A DNA stretch of 63,655 bases, filler included, from Reticulomyxa filosa (GCA_000512085.1; 21 parts of 21 records of this genome joined end to end with filler, not necessarily neighbours in it); one strand, 5' to 3'; shown: positions 11,791-26,400, numbered from the whole stretch's first letter. Translations and numbers: made by a program. The notes: generated by a model from the sequence alone, not told the origin.

Positions 11791-14700
11791 TCAAACATTT
11801 GACATTTGCACAATTTGGTCACTCAAAATTACAATTTGTTGTTCCAAATTATTTTTTGATTTTTTCAATTTTTCGTTTTCGACAACGACTTGGCGATTGA
11901 CTTGAGACAAGTTCTGTACTTGTGCCTTCAATCGTGCGATTTCGGCATCTTTTTCATTGTTTTGAGTCTTTTGTTGGCTTTCTTTTGTAGACGGTTCTGG
12001 TGGAGGTTGCTTATTGCTCATTTGTTTTAAAAAGGCGTCTTTTTGATCTTTTAGATTTTGCTGCAACATTGCGACAATATTGCGTTCTTTTTCGATTTCT
12101 CTTTCATGTGTATACTGCAAATTTTGCAGTTTCTTTTCGATGACCTGGGCCATTTCTCTTTTCTGCTGTTTAAGTTTTTCAATCTCCGCACTCTTTGCTT
12201 TCAGCACATTGTCATGATGTTCTTGTATTTTTGCAAGTTCCTCGTCATGCACTCCTTTTCGTGTATTCATTTGAGTTTGGAATGCATTCGTAAGTTCTTT
12301 TTTTGTTTTTCAATTTGGTTATTGTGGGCATCATTCAATTGTGAGGCTTGTTGAATAATACTATTTACTAAACCAGCGTTCTTGGTGTCACCTGATTGAG
12401 ACGTTGATTGTTGTAAATGCTGTAAAGCTTGAATATGATTACGATAATGTTGAGTGAAATCAGCATTCATTTGTTGAGTAGTTGGAACTGATGTCGTAAT
12501 GGGTATGCGTGTACTTTCTTGAAGGATACGAATTTGTTCTTCGTAGTCTTCTTTCATTTTTTTCATTTCCTCCTCCATTTCGTGTTGGAGCTCTTTCTTT
12601 TCTTTCTCGTATCTTTCTATCACACCTTTATTATGTGCAACAAGTCTTGCACGATTGTCCAGTTCCGAACGTAGTTTTCTTTCTCTACGTCGGGACTCTT
12701 TGTGCGCTTCTTCGTGCAATCTTTTGTGTTCTTTCATTTTTTCAATGTGCCGTTGATTCATGTCCTGAACGGTCATATTATGCTGAGTCAGCAAATCAGT
12801 GATCGTTTTTGTCACAACTCGTCTTTCTCGCTCACCCAATCCTAAGTTATGGACACGTTGCATTGCAGCTCCGGCTTCTGCCACAAAGGAATCATTGAGT
12901 TCTACAATGATTCCTCTTTCCACTAGAGAATTGACATCCGGTCGATCGGCAAGTCGTTGGTCGAGTAATTCACTAGTTCGTCTGCGATGCAATTGTCTTT
13001 CGTGCAATTGCGATTGAGGATCAATCGACGGATCATTCCACAAGATATTTTTGACGACCAAATCTGCAACCGAAGGTCTTCGACCCAGCGCTTTTCCTAA
13101 TCCAGGGTCTTTTTCTGTTCAACATTCACATTTTTATTTACATTGTTTATTACCAACGTTACAGACACTCAAAAAGAGCTGCCCCCCCCCCTCATCAGCG
13201 ATTCTTACCTTTTATTTTTCCATGGCCTTGTTTTCTCCTTGCTTGATCATCGCTGTCAAATTCATTATGAGACAGTTCTTTGTGTAGCTATAGCAATACA
13301 TATAACATCGCATATTAAAACAATAAAACAAATTACGTCGTGACGCGAGATATCATCAATAATATATATATACATACATATATATGTACGTATTTGTTAC
13401 TTAACATCCACATTGTCAGAAGCCTCATCTAGATTCAAAAAAGCAACAACAACGACAAACAAATAATTTTAGTCGAGTCAAAAATAAAAACAAACATAAA
13501 ATACAAACAGTTGTACCTTGGAGTTTCTGGAACCATTCATTTGAACAATTAGGTGAGATCAAAACAACAACACATACAAAATGTATAATCTATCACTTTT
13601 TTTTTTTTTTTTTGGGATTAATTTATTTGTTGTGAAATAGCATTACAAAAAACCTGTCCGATGTGCCTTTGAAGAGCTGGAAGGATATCATAGCAGAGGG
13701 ATCGTTGTAAGATATCCCAGCCAAATAAGAATCGATCAAAAGAACATGGTGGTGAGAATAGTATGTTCACTTTATCCTCATTTTCTCCAACGACTCTGAG
13801 CAATTCCTGGCATATTTCTCGATCCAAGCGTCCGTTGTCATAGTCATAGGAGCTAAAGACTTCTCGGAACTATGCAAAAAGCAATTGGAAATGAAAAGAG
13901 TGAACATTTTGCAATTTTTAAGCGCAAACAAAGTAAAAATGCAAAACTTCTTTTGTCAGTCGTTTTTCTGTTTCTATTAAAATTCCGTGTTGTTCAAAGA
14001 CTCCCAAATGATTCCACTTTTCGACAAATTCGGTTTGCGAGCATGGGAAATGGTACACACGTCGCCAGTCCAATTCTCTCTTCATCGCATACCCGTACAT
14101 TTGTAAAAACTCTTGTTCCGTCATCGCTTCATGTGTGCCGTGTGTAAACAAGAAAAACACATCTTTCACACGTAGTTTCATGTGATTGACTAAGCGATCA
14201 ATCATCTGCTTCGTCACATCGTCGCCCAATGCTTGCATTCGAGACAAAAACTTGATAAAGTCGCAAGGAGGATCGAACCATCTCCTTCCCTGCTCCACTC
14301 CAAGTGACACATTTATTAATGACGTCATGCGTATCGTGTCCTCGATTGTCAATGTGCCATCAACGTTTCTGTCAAAGTATTCGAATATATCTCGCACTTT
14401 TTCCAAAAAATCCATCGACTTACGACCACCTTTGGCCTAATTTTGTGTAGTTTCAAAAGTTAAAAGTTGTTAACACGACACGCTTGTAATGCTATTTTTT
14501 TTTTTTTTTTTTTGGAAAAGTAAGAGATTTGTCTATACCTGCTTGCTTTTGTGCAATTCGAGATGTTGGAACAGGTGCTGGCTCGCAGTGGAAGATACTG
14601 TTTTCCATATCTCTTGGAATTGATCAAAGTTCAATGGAGCAAGGAAGTATTCTCGATCCAAGTCGTGCTTTGATGCAAACCACATATCGTCGATATCTGC

Positions 14701-15274
14701 TTCCTGTAATAGTCCATCTTCATCGCGGTCGAAGAAATCAAAGACTGCCTTGATCTGATTCATTTATTATTTAAAGTTTTGCTTATTGCGAGATGTTAGA
14801 GAAAAGTGAAAGGTGAGAAAAAGAGTTAAAAAAAAAAAAAAAAAACTTCGGATAAATGGAATTTGGATGATTGCGAAGCCTTTGAAGCAAAAGTGTCGAA
14901 ATCATTGTCATCCTCCTTATCTTCTTCAATAATAGTGGAAATGATATTTTGTTGCGGTTTTTGCGATTCAGCTGGCGCTGCTGGTTGCTGTTCCTCTTTT
15001 GTTTGTTGATCTTTCTGGGACAATTCAGAAATGGCGTCATCAATATCAATTTCCTCAAACACCCATTGTCCATCGAGTAAGCGGCATTTGGCTCGGATTT
15101 CGGAGATGTCATCCTCTCGTTGGGGCTCCGAAGGATGCAGCTTCAACATACAGTCCATACACAAATCGATTTGTTCACATTTCGAACATTGGAAAAACCA
15201 ATCATTTTCCGAGAATTTGGTTCCGTGGCGATGGCAACGATCGCACACCATGCCCATACCTCGATAAGCTTTCC
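11791..15274 (-). CDS. ZZ zinc finger + EF-hand-like + RPEL repeat + coiled-coil protein, partial and multi-exon
   Basis: ZZ: CDRC...FQCSKCEQIDLCMDC. EF-hand-like loops: FDFFDRDEDGLL and FEYFDRNVDGTL. RPEL: RPSVADLVVKNIL and LDQRLADRPDVNSLVERGII. A long coiled coil follows, with a 1-nt frameshift near 12300. Joining all exons into one gene is inferred. Confidence 0.7.
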
Positions 15275-15374
15275 NNNNNNNNNNNNNNNNNNNNNNNNNN
15301 NNNNNNNNNNNNNNNNNNTTAATTAATTAANNNNNNNNNNNNNNNNNNNNNNNNNNNNNNNNNNNNNNNNNNNN

Positions 15375-15504
15375 TATTTAAAAACTACAAGATTTGTATA
15401 TATTTTAAAAAAAAATTAGGTCTAAATGTTGATTTTTCATGTAGAAAATCAATTATCATCATAGGATATCGTTTTAGGCGTTCAGTTTTCTTTGCAACCT
15501 ACTG
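15375..15504 (-). mobile_element. Tc1-family transposon terminus
   Basis: Near-exact reverse complement of the 11061 copy, ending ...GCAACCTACTG|TA. Confidence 0.85.
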
Positions 15505-15874
15505 TACATAAAAAAAAACAAGTCGTAACAAACAAAAACTCTTGAAATTGCTCTCTTGGCGCAAATTGTCTCACTCATCGTGGTATTTAGTTTGTTTACT
15601 GTTGATTTATTCACAAAATTTTTTATACTTTGAAAATAAAACATTAATTCGAAACACCTACTTTTCATTGGAAGTTGTAAAATTCTTTTCAAGAAAGTTG
15701 TTTGCTTTGGAAAAGAGCAATAAATTTCTAACACAAAAGAGTAATAAACTGAAATTTGCTAATGTTTTTCTCCAAACAAAGATAAAAACAAACAAAGCTA
15801 CTATTTAAACTGGAAAAATGACAAGCCCTGGTTTCCGTGCCCAGAAAAAAAAATTGAAAAAGAAAGTATATTTC

Positions 15875-16983
15875 TTATTCTGGAGCGATAGAAATCAAGT
15901 TGTGTTTTCGAATGGAATGGAAAGGTTTTGGACATATGTTTGCCATTGCTTCAGTGGAAACATGTATTCCATAAATGGCAATGCGACCAAACCCCCCTTT
16001 GTTGCTGCAAGTGTAGACTTGATTTCCTCCAATGCATGTGATCATCCCAAGAACGTGTTGGAGTGTATTGTGATAAGAAGGCGACAGAAAATCGATTAAG
16101 ATAGAGCCTCCACTGCCACCACCACCTTCACTCCATTTAATTTTGGTGTCATTTCCATTGGACCGAATAGCACCATAATTGAGCAAATGCTGTTCGATTT
16201 GCAATTCAATGATTCCACCACCTCTGCCGCCTTTGTGCTTACTGCCATCAACAAAGTGCGCAGAGCCTCCTCCACTCCCACAAAAGATTTGTTTTAATAA
16301 CGTTTGTTCTCCATATACATCTCCACCTTTTCCATGCCCTCTTGTCACATCAAATTCTTCTCCCTTGGACCCATATCCACCACCTCCACCATCACAATTG
16401 TTTTGTGTGGCCTCACACCTTTCCGGGACCCTGATCTGAAGCATACCCCAATCCAGAACAGTCAATTGCGGATTTGCAATCTTTGATCCACAAATGGCTG
16501 GTTTTTATTTTGAGATGTCCAAGCTCTTTCTTTTTGTTATATTTCACTGTCAATGTCACCTTTTCTCCGATCAAATACACTCCAAATTTGAAATTATTCC
16601 ACTCATTGTTTTTCAATAATATTTTTTTATCATTTTCATTGGCCAGCAAAAAATCCACCCCATTTTGAAGAGAAGGCACAGACGGAGATGCAGACAGCAC
16701 CATTTCCATCATTTGCTCACATCGCTTAGCATTTGAAAAGTGCATCACACTCTCCTCTCCCCCTAGCTCTTCACCTCCACTCTTGTCATCTTTTGCTTCC
16801 ATGTCATTACTTGCAGGCTTTTCCTTTGCTTCTATTTCCATGGCCATATGCTCCACTATCTCATCATGTTCATTTCGAAGATATTTGTGCTGCACTCTAT
16901 CCTTTTTTTCGTCATTTGCAATCGCTCGTCTTTGGAAATAATCTCCGATTCCAACAATCGCACCTCGTCCTCTCGTTAAGTTG
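15875..16983 (-). CDS. Glycine-rich repeat-family protein (frameshifted)
   Basis: IDCSGLGY..GPGK / GGGGGYG..GG.YG..GSGGGS..GGRGGGII..GGGGSGGSILI..GGFGRIAIY. The frame changes near 16415-16420. Confidence 0.65.
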
Positions 16984-17036
16984 GTACAGTTATATATGTA
17001 TATATTTTTTTTTAACCGTTTACAAATATATACATA

Positions 17037-17068
<32 letters not shown>

Positions 17069-17168
17069 NNNNNNNNNNNNNNNNNNNNNNNNNNNNNNNN
17101 NNNNNNNNNNNNTTAATTAATTAANNNNNNNNNNNNNNNNNNNNNNNNNNNNNNNNNNNNNNNNNNNN

Positions 17169-17568
17169 TCAAGGAATCTATAAATTATCACAAGAAAGTA
17201 TTGTATGTTCGTCGCATCTTTAGTAGGATTAAATACGACTCGATATGCACAAGTGAAACAAGCAATGTCCAACTATTTATATAAATTGTAAATAGTGAAC
17301 AATGCTTTATGTCAATTGCTGGGTAATATTAATATCAAAGTGCTGAGATTTGATGTTAAGTAATATGTGTTATATATATACTCTTTATTTTCTTTTTTTT
17401 TTTTATATGCATGCCAACATCACATTGATTAATATAAAACAAAATAGCCAAAGAAGTGCACAAATTTTATCTCTTTTCCAGCACAAAATTGTCACTGACA
17501 TGAGCAGAGCAATGTATAACATTGGCACAGATGGTGACGATGCAACAAGATATAATCATAAAGTGTAG
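17169..17568 (+). pseudogene. Possible annexin-like fragment
   Basis: DMSRAMYNIGTD resembles the annexin repeat LxxAMKGxGTD. Stops lie nearby and the signal is weak. Confidence 0.25.
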
Positions 17569-17980
17569 ATGATGTAGAACATGCGCATTGATGTTTTTTT
17601 TCATTTACTTTTTTTTTTTTGCTTGTTTCTGAAATTTTGTAAAGTTTTTCTTCTCTTACTGTTTGACTGCTCATGGTTTGCTTTTTCTAAATATTAAATT
17701 GAATTATTTAATTGAAAATATGGTACACGAAAACATTCGCATAATTTGGTACAAGATGGAATTAAATTGCTTTTTGGTGTCAGATCTTTGGCTCTTTTTT
17801 TGTTTTGAAGGCAGAATGCCTTCAACTCCAATATCTTTTTCTTTGGTATGGATGGAGAAACAAATAAAAAAAATATTATCACTGAAGTCCATCTTGCAAA
17901 AATGATATCAAATCGTCCAATTCCCCATTGCCGCCTTTTTTTTTTATTTGTTATGAATTTTGCAATTTTTTTTAATTTGT

Positions 17981-18740
17981 TCAAAATACATATATCAAAC
18001 CAATAGAAATTTGTGATGTCAATACAGTTTCAACAACGACTGCAAGGATATTCCAATTGATTAAATGAATTAAGTAGAACAAATATAACAGTATATATAA
18101 TATGATTCCAAAAAAAATAGCAGCAATAACAATGAATGAACCAACAATAATAAGTATGTGATAAAACACATGCAAAAAGAATAATTTAGATTTTGTATCT
18201 GAAAATTTTCTATCACAGCGAAAAAATAAATTGTTAAGAGGAAAATGGTGATGAAATCCATGCAATAAATGGAATAATGACAACATATAACTTGAAGTAA
18301 AATATGGTTACCATTAAATCGTATAGAACCAGAACACAAATATCGACCACCATTGAATGATGAAAATTCAATACTGTAAGTGCCATCAGTGTGTCCATTA
18401 AATACTTGAAATTGTTAATTATCTTTGATATCCCAAAAACGAATTGTGATATCCCACGATGAAGAACAAATGACATTTTGACAATGATTGATATTATAAT
18501 GATATGATGAAAATGTTACACAACACATAGCATCTGAATGTCCATTGAATAATTTAATTCGTTTATTGTTCTCAATATCCCATACACGAACTGTTTTATC
18601 ATCCAATCCAGAACAAATGAATTGATTATTACCAGATGTTAAATAATCAATACTATAAATCCAACTGGTATGTTCAATGAATGTATTAAGTAATTGAAAT
18701 GATAAACGAAATGTATCAAACATGAAGATAGTGGTTGTCT
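17981..18740 (-). pseudogene. WD40-repeat family member, disrupted
   Basis: HTSWIYSIDY...ICSGLDDKTVRVWD...FNGHSDA...CSSSWDITIRFWD, then a stop and frameshifts in later repeats. Confidence 0.8.
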
Positions 18741-18854
18741 ATGTTAAATAATAANNNNNNNNNNNNNNNNNNNNNNNNNNNNNNNNNNNNNNNNNNNNTT
18801 AATTAATTAANNNNNNNNNNNNNNNNNNNNNNNNNNNNNNNNNNNNNNNNNNNN

Positions 18855-19024
18855 TTTGAAAAAATTGGAAAGACTTATTAAAAAACCAAAATGATATTTA
18901 AAAACTACACGATTTGTAGATATTTTTAAAAAAAATTTTGATTAAATGTTGTTTTTTCATGGAGAAACACAATCATCTCTATAAGGTGGCATTTTAGGTG
19001 TCAACTTTCTTTTTTATCTTACTG
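18855..19024 (-). mobile_element. Diverged copy of the Tc1-family terminus
   Basis: atttaaaaactacacgatttg...catggagaaa...cttactg|ta at a contig start. Confidence 0.7.
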
Positions 19025-20495
19025 TATCATCTTATGAAGATTATCGATTTTCTGTTTGAAAAATCAACATTTTTTCAAAATTTTTTAAAGCACCAACGAG
19101 TCATCAAGACCCATTTCATTTATTTCTACAATTTTTGTCAACACAAACATTTTAATGCTTTTTACAAAATAATAGTTTAAGTTGTGTATATGCATTTTGT
19201 TGCTTATATGCAAACGTTTTACTGTGTCAAAGTCGGACGATCTACCATTTTAAATATCAGTGAAATGTCTTCCGAAATTTTTCATACAATTGAACTCATG
19301 TTCCGATTTGTAGCTCCTCACATGTTTTATTGGCTGATCGTTCGCTTTTAAGACTTTGCTAACAGAATAATGAATGGATCGGCTTTTTGTTGTCTATGCA
19401 AAAAAAAGAGAGGAACAATCTTCATTTAATTTATTATTTTTCAAGCTTTCATACACGACTTTACAATGACAAAATTCAAACGAGAAGAGTTTGCTTATTT
19501 ATTCTGGCATTACTTGAGCTTCAAAAGTCAAACATTGGTCTGTAAGCTTAGGATAGCAAACATGCCGAACGAATAAATAAGCAACAGCACAAAAAATCAG
19601 AAGAATCATAACAAAGCACAAACGAGTTTTGATGCCAAACATTTTCCAAGAACCACAAACAAATAATAAATAAAATTCCCATACAATGTGTTAATTATTT
19701 GCCCTTTAAAAAGATTACATCCACAAAAAAACAATCCCAAAACGTTCTAGACAAGTAGAATACTCAAGACTAATTTCACATTATTGTTTGGCACTCACAT
19801 TGCGATACCATAAAGTATCCCTTCAAGAGAAAAAAAAAAAAGCACAACAATACAAAGTAAATATATTTTGCTTTGATTGGCCACAGCTTGTGTTTGCCAA
19901 GACAAAGTATGTTTTCTGAAATAAAAGCACAAAGTAATTAATTATTGTAGTTTCCGTGTGAAAGGCGATTGGCTCCGATGAGGGGAGAAGTAAGAAATTA
20001 AAACGATTGGGCATACGCACAATTGTTTTTGTTCTTATTTTTATTTTTTTTTTTTCTCTATCTCCCTTCTATGAACTCGCCATTTTAGCACCACAGAATA
20101 TCGAGGAGCAAAGTATTATTACAATATGGAAAATTCCTATCCTAACTTTTGGAGAGCTTTGAACTCAATTCCATAGTGCTAAAATTGTTTCATCGGAGTT
20201 GCAAGTTGATATGTTATTTCTATTGCTTCAGCTTCTTCACTCCGTGATTTGTTTTTACATTTGTTTTGTGTTTATACTTGCGTTGGTCGGTTCTAGTGTA
20301 AGAAACATGTTGCTGATTGGATCGTGTTTTTTGGTGAATTTGTTGCTTTTATCTCCAACTTATCGTTTTGATCTTTATTATGTACAAGTGTGTCGTTTTT
20401 GTTCGCCACTCTCTTTTTTTTCGGCAATGGCTCGGCTGATGCATTTATTTATTGGTTTTATTTGATCATTTGATTTTTTTTATTATTTATTTATT

Positions 20496-22162
20496 TCATT
20501 TTTTTTTTATGAAAAGTTGAAATAACCTACCTTTATCTCTCTTCATTGTAGTATTCACAGAATGATCAGTAGCATTGTGAATCATCATTGATGCATTAAT
20601 GTTGCCTCCCTCATACCAGAACTCGTGGTAGTTTCGCTTTTTGCCTCGTTTGTCCGTCCAAGCGTGTGTGAGGGTATCCACAGCAAGAACCCGAAGCTGA
20701 CCCACCATTGGGTCATTGGTACATGGCGATGCACAAAAATCGGGATTCGACACAATACCCTTGCTTGCTGAGCTCTCCGCACATTTGCCATTGTTCGACA
20801 GCAGCGCTGTTGTCGACCTTGGCAATGGCTTTTGTTGCAAAGCCTCGTTCTGGTTTTGTGGCACTGATGGATGGGCTTCACTTACATCAGTGCCTTTTTG
20901 CTTTTTTTGTTTGCCTTTGTGTTTGCCTTTGCTTTTGCTTTTGCCTTCTTTTGTTTTGCTTCGCCGTTCACTCGTTCTATGACTAGATCGCTTATTTGAC
21001 AATAATCGCCATTTTTGTTGTCTTAGTTTATTCATCATATTAACAATACAATCATTGAACACGACATACATATACACATATATGTATATATACATATACA
21101 TATATATATATATATAATGTACGTATATGTGTATGTAACAATTAACTGCAAAGGATCATTGAATTGTTCATGTTGCATGTTGGAATATTCTTGCCTCTTG
21201 CTTTTCACTGTGTCAATGTCGTCTTCTCTTTCATCCATTTCATCGCTCTTCACCTGCACGCTCTCGCAGTTGCAATCTTTCAATGATGTTCGCGTTTGAC
21301 TTTTGACGCACGTAGACGATTCCGTGCTGTCCTTCGTATTGGCCGGAGCACAGAAAAGATTGGATGGCGTTGGACATGGCATTGCCAACACAGCCGTCCC
21401 TCCTCTTTTCTGCACACCCAATTCAGTGCCGTTGTCGATTGCTTTGGATTGGTTTATTCGATTGGCGACACCTATGGCCAGCTCGGTGCCTTCGAGTGTT
21501 TGGACCATGGATGTCGATGTCGATGTCGCTGTTGTCAACATCGTCCCATGACCTGAAGTGAGGTGTGGGTTATTTACAATATTCCAGCCAAACGGGTGAT
21601 ACGAGTCAATTTTTTTCAAAGGGTAGTGGTTTTGAATGGACGAATTTGCCAAAGGTGTCATTGGCATCATCGAAGCCATGGATGGCTGGCTTGTCTCCAA
21701 AGACAAGGGCATGGACATGGGCATGGGCATGGACATAGACATAGACATAGACATGGGCAGAGGGATAGATAAAGGAAGAGATAAGGGTAAGGGAACAGGC
21801 AACGACAGAGGCAGAGATAAAGGTAAAGACAGGGGCAAAGGGAGAGACCATGGAAGAGAAAACGGCCAATGAGACATCGAAGGTGTCCATAATGCATTTG
21901 TTGCAGACACCATTGGGATCAGATTGGATTGCGGACTGAACCAACCACTGGGATTGACCTGGCTGTACTGTTCAAACGCAGGTTGCAAGTCCGACGCAGC
22001 AGAGTAACTGCGTAGAGAGGCCGTATTCAAATGGTTTCCAAGTGCAAAAGTGGAATTGCCAAAAGGGTTGAAATATCCGCCATTTGAAGGATATGCATAT
22101 GTTTGTCTGTTGCCGTTTTCCCACTGTTTGTATTGTCTTTGATCTCCTCCATTCATCGTCAT
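20496..22162 (-). CDS. Hypothetical low-complexity protein (LPLS/MSMP repeats), multi-exon
   Basis: A 375-aa ORF and a 201-aa ORF are separated by an (AT)n intron-like tract. No domain recognised. Confidence 0.55.
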
Positions 22163-22339
22163 CGTCGTCGTCGTCGTCGTCGTGCGATTTCTAATGTGTA
22201 TTACGTGTCAAGGGTTTTCCAAAGTCAAAAGAAAAGAGANNNNNNNNNNNNNNNNNNNNNNNNNNNNNNNNNNNNNNNNNNNNTTAATTAATTAANNNNN
22301 NNNNNNNNNNNNNNNNNNNNNNNNNNNNNNNNNNNNNNN

Positions 22340-22900
22340 CATAATTAAATGGTGAAAATTTAAGACTGTAAACACTGCTAGAGTGTTTATTGAATAATTT
22401 GAATTGTTGATTATGTTTGATATCCCAAAAACGAATGATTTTATTATGTGATGAAGAACAAATAACATGTCGGCGATGGTTATGGTAATGATATGGTGAA
22501 AATTTCACACAAAGTACACAACCTGAATATGCATTGAATGATTGGATTTGTTTGTCGATATCAATATCCCATATACGAACTGTACCATCACTTGCTCCAG
22601 AACAAAGGAATTGATTACCAGTAAATGTGGAATAATCAATACTATATACATGACCAGTATGTCCAGTGAATGTCTTAAATAATTTGGATGATGAACAAAA
22701 GGTTTCAAGCATGTAAATTGTCTTTGCCTGTGTTAAATAATTATAATAAATAATTACAATAAGCAAATAAACAAATAAATGTTTAAAATAAAACATAACA
22801 TAATTGACAACAAGTCTGTCAAACTCATAAATCCATCCTAATTTAATGTTTAATATTCGGATCCAATGTTGAATAATTAATTGAATTTCTTTTTTTTCTT
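22340..22900 (-). CDS. WD40-repeat family member, partial
   Basis: FTGHTGHVYSIDYS...LCSGASDGTVRIWD...VKFSPYH...IRFWD. Same family as 17981-18740. Confidence 0.85.
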
Positions 22901-23477
22901 CTTCTAACTGATTTTATCACAACAAATACAATAAAAAAACTAACGCTCTTAAAAGATTAAAATGAAATTACCACTGAGGATTTCATTAAAACTTCTTTTT
23001 TAGTACCAGCTGTAGTTTATCTGTTCAACTTGTTTTTGCTTTTCTTAGACGATGTAATATTTGAATTTTTTGAATTTCCCCCCTATCAACGTTACGTTTG
23101 TGAAGTGTTTTTAAAAATGTCGATATTATGTTATGTTGTTTATGAATTGGGATAATGTTTACTCCCAATTAAATAATTTATAATTAGAGAATGATTTTTA
23201 AATGAAACATTCTACTTTTTAAAGAACTTTGGTCAACACAAAAAATAATGCTGTCTTCAAATATTTGTTAACATAAAAAGTAATTCAATGATATTTAATA
23301 TAACCTAGAACTATTTGATAATTTATATTTTGAACGAAANNNNNNNNNNNNNNNNNNNNNNNNNNNNNNNNNNNNNNNNNNNNTTAATTAATTAANNNNN
23401 NNNNNNNNNNNNNNNNNNNNNNNNNNNNNNNNNNNNNNNCACACACACACACACACACACGAAAAAAAAAGCATACC

Positions 23478-26400
23478 TGACAAAGCATTGAGAATTGAAA
23501 ATAAGCTGAATGAAGACAAGTTTGAGTTGATCGAACTGGCCAACCGGGATACGAATCGACTCAACGAATGACTTTTGTGACCAAGTGGTGGTAGTCATTA
23601 CTGCGATGTATTGCTGTTCGTCCAGAGCAGACAAAGAGCCAAAATTCCACACATATGTTTGCAACGATTTGGGAAGTGGGAATACACGATACACCAATTG
23701 ACACATTTCCTTATCCAAATCGTCTGCGTAATATTTCTTTACATTTCTCTCCTCTTCTTTATCTTCTGCAATGTCACTTTCAGTTTTGTGTCGTTTTCGA
23801 AATGGATTCAATGCAGCAATGATCACCACATTGTCTGGAAATGCCTTTCCTTTCAAACTGTGATCACACACCACTTCCTTAAATGCTCCAATTTCTGGAC
23901 TCGTATTGATTTCATCCAAAAATATCAAATAGGTTTGGTCTTTGTGTTGTTGTGCCTCCTTCAAAGGCTGCTCCAAATCTCTTTGCAAATGTTCGGTAGT
24001 GTATCCTCCATGGACATCAATCGACGTCATATTGATCTGCAAAGCACGTGCCATAAATTTCAACAATTTGGTCTTTCCACATCCTGTTTCACCCATTATC
24101 AACACTGGTATTCCTGATTTGATTCGGAAAAAGATGGCCACAATTTTCAAAAGATTATCAAAAGTTAATGCATAATCTTGATGCTCTTGCAACAATTTCT
24201 TCACTTGTTGTTTTCGTTTGGTTTCGTCTGGACTTTCAAATCCACCACAAATTTGCAATAGCAAATGCATTTTGATCGACTGGTCTTCTCTCTTCTCGTG
24301 GTACACTCCATCTTTCTGCACCATGTCTGCCTTTTTTGGAAATCTTCCTCAAAGTTGTAAATATCCCATTTGTGTTGCTCTTGCACCAATGTCCATTCCA
24401 CCGCATGGGGATGCACATTTTTTTTTAGATTCATCGACAACAAAGACAAGGAATGTTCGATTTGAGCTTGTTCCAAATCTTGTCGTAGCGTGATTAGATT
24501 ACTCATACAAATTTGAGTCGACTTTGCAATAGGGGTTTGGTTTAGCAATACAATCGGAGGATCGGCTGTTTTCCACATTTGCACAAGGAAGAATTCTTCC
24601 GTGCCGCTGGCTTCTTCTGCTTCTTCTTCTTTTTCTTCTTTTTCTTTGACCTCAATGTCAGTCGTAGGTTCATAAATCAAATGCGAACTGCATGCAATAT
24701 CTTGAGCCGATTGAACCAATGAAAATACAATCATTTCGTGCAAAGGAATGATATGTCTGTCTTTATCAATCATTGGTACGTATTCGTTTTTGATATACAG
24801 AAAATTGTATACTTGCAACAATTGTCTGTACATAAATTGCAAAAATGATTTGAATTGCACCAAGCTATTCCATGCCTTTGGCGAATATTGGACGAGTAAT
24901 TGTTTTATCCTTTGGATATCGACAAGTGAGTGTTGCGTGTGATCCCAGTCCTTTGTTAGTTGCGAATTGTTTAATAATCCTTTGTTTAGTGCGTCCAAAT
25001 ATTTCAATACAAAATGCTCTTTTTCGGACAATGCCAACTGGTTACGCACAGCATGCTCCGGGGGATTGGTATTCGGTGCTGTTCTTAGATCATCAATAAC
25101 TTCAGAAAAAGGAATGGCCAAATCTTTGATTCGATCGCCAAAGAAATAAAACCAATTGAACACATCGGACAGACGTGTCTTGACATGAGTGCTGGACAAT
25201 TGTGTGGGCAGCTCTACCAAAAAGGCATGATTTTTACGTACACTGAAGCTTTCTCCATTGACCTTGGTGATATAACGTAACACGAGCAATTGGAACATCA
25301 TCGTGTTTACGTCTTTACCAGCTTGACTGGAGATGTTGATATGGAACACGGTCAAATCATCTGTGACAGGGGCACTGGACAGTCGATCGACAATAAAGTC
25401 AGTGTCGACTACACTCGTATTGATAGGTACATGGACAAAATACCCATCTTTCAAGTTCAAACTTTTGGCTCTTTGTGCGATCACATACGACTTGCCTACA
25501 CATGGGTTTTGAGAAAAATACACCGTGACAAAGGGAGCATCGTTCTTTTTTTGGCGAAAAGCATCGAAATCTGTGCACAAAACCTTGGCATAAAACTCTT
25601 TGCTTTCGGTTTGATCCAAAATGGGAGGATTTGTATCTCGATACGCGCTCAATGTCTGAGCCATCAAACATTGGCTATCGGTGGTAATCACAGCCAGCAA
25701 AGAATGGGACTTGGTCATGTAATTAGGCAAGATGCGAATGAGTCCTTGTTGCACCGGTCGAGTCAATAGCTCCGGCAATACCAGACAATGCAAAGCAATA
25801 GTGGCCGTGCTATGACTCACACTCCGAATCAAAAAGCATTCCAATTGTTCAAGCGATGTGGAGTGATCACAAAACAACATTCGACTGGCAATGGGGATTT
25901 GTCCTTGCGATAAGTACAGTTTCACCACGTAAGATAACACTTGACTGTCTTGACAAATGTACAAACGAGGCTGTCCTGGGAGCAGATACTTTACTGTCTT
26001 TTCGTCTTTGATGCTTTTTCCTGAAGATTTTGCCACCGATTCAAACGTTTCTAATGTCTTTGCTAATTCCTCTAAAATATTTTTATCTTCCCAATTCCAA
26101 TTGCTTTTGGAAGCAACATTGGCTTGGATTTGTGCAATCGTGATATCTGGGTAAATCAACGATATCTTCGAAGCAATGGCACCAATCGAACCTTGCTTGT
26201 TCGATTGAACATATGAACGCAAACGCTCGCATAAGAAACGCATATCATTTACAGTGTAAAATGATAGCAATGGATATCTTTGTCGAAGCTATATTGTTGT
26301 GTTTGTTTATTATGATATGGATATGCTTGCTTTGTTTTGTAATGAAATAAATAGACATACGTTGGAGACATCGGATATCCACTTTTTCAAACACAAATTC

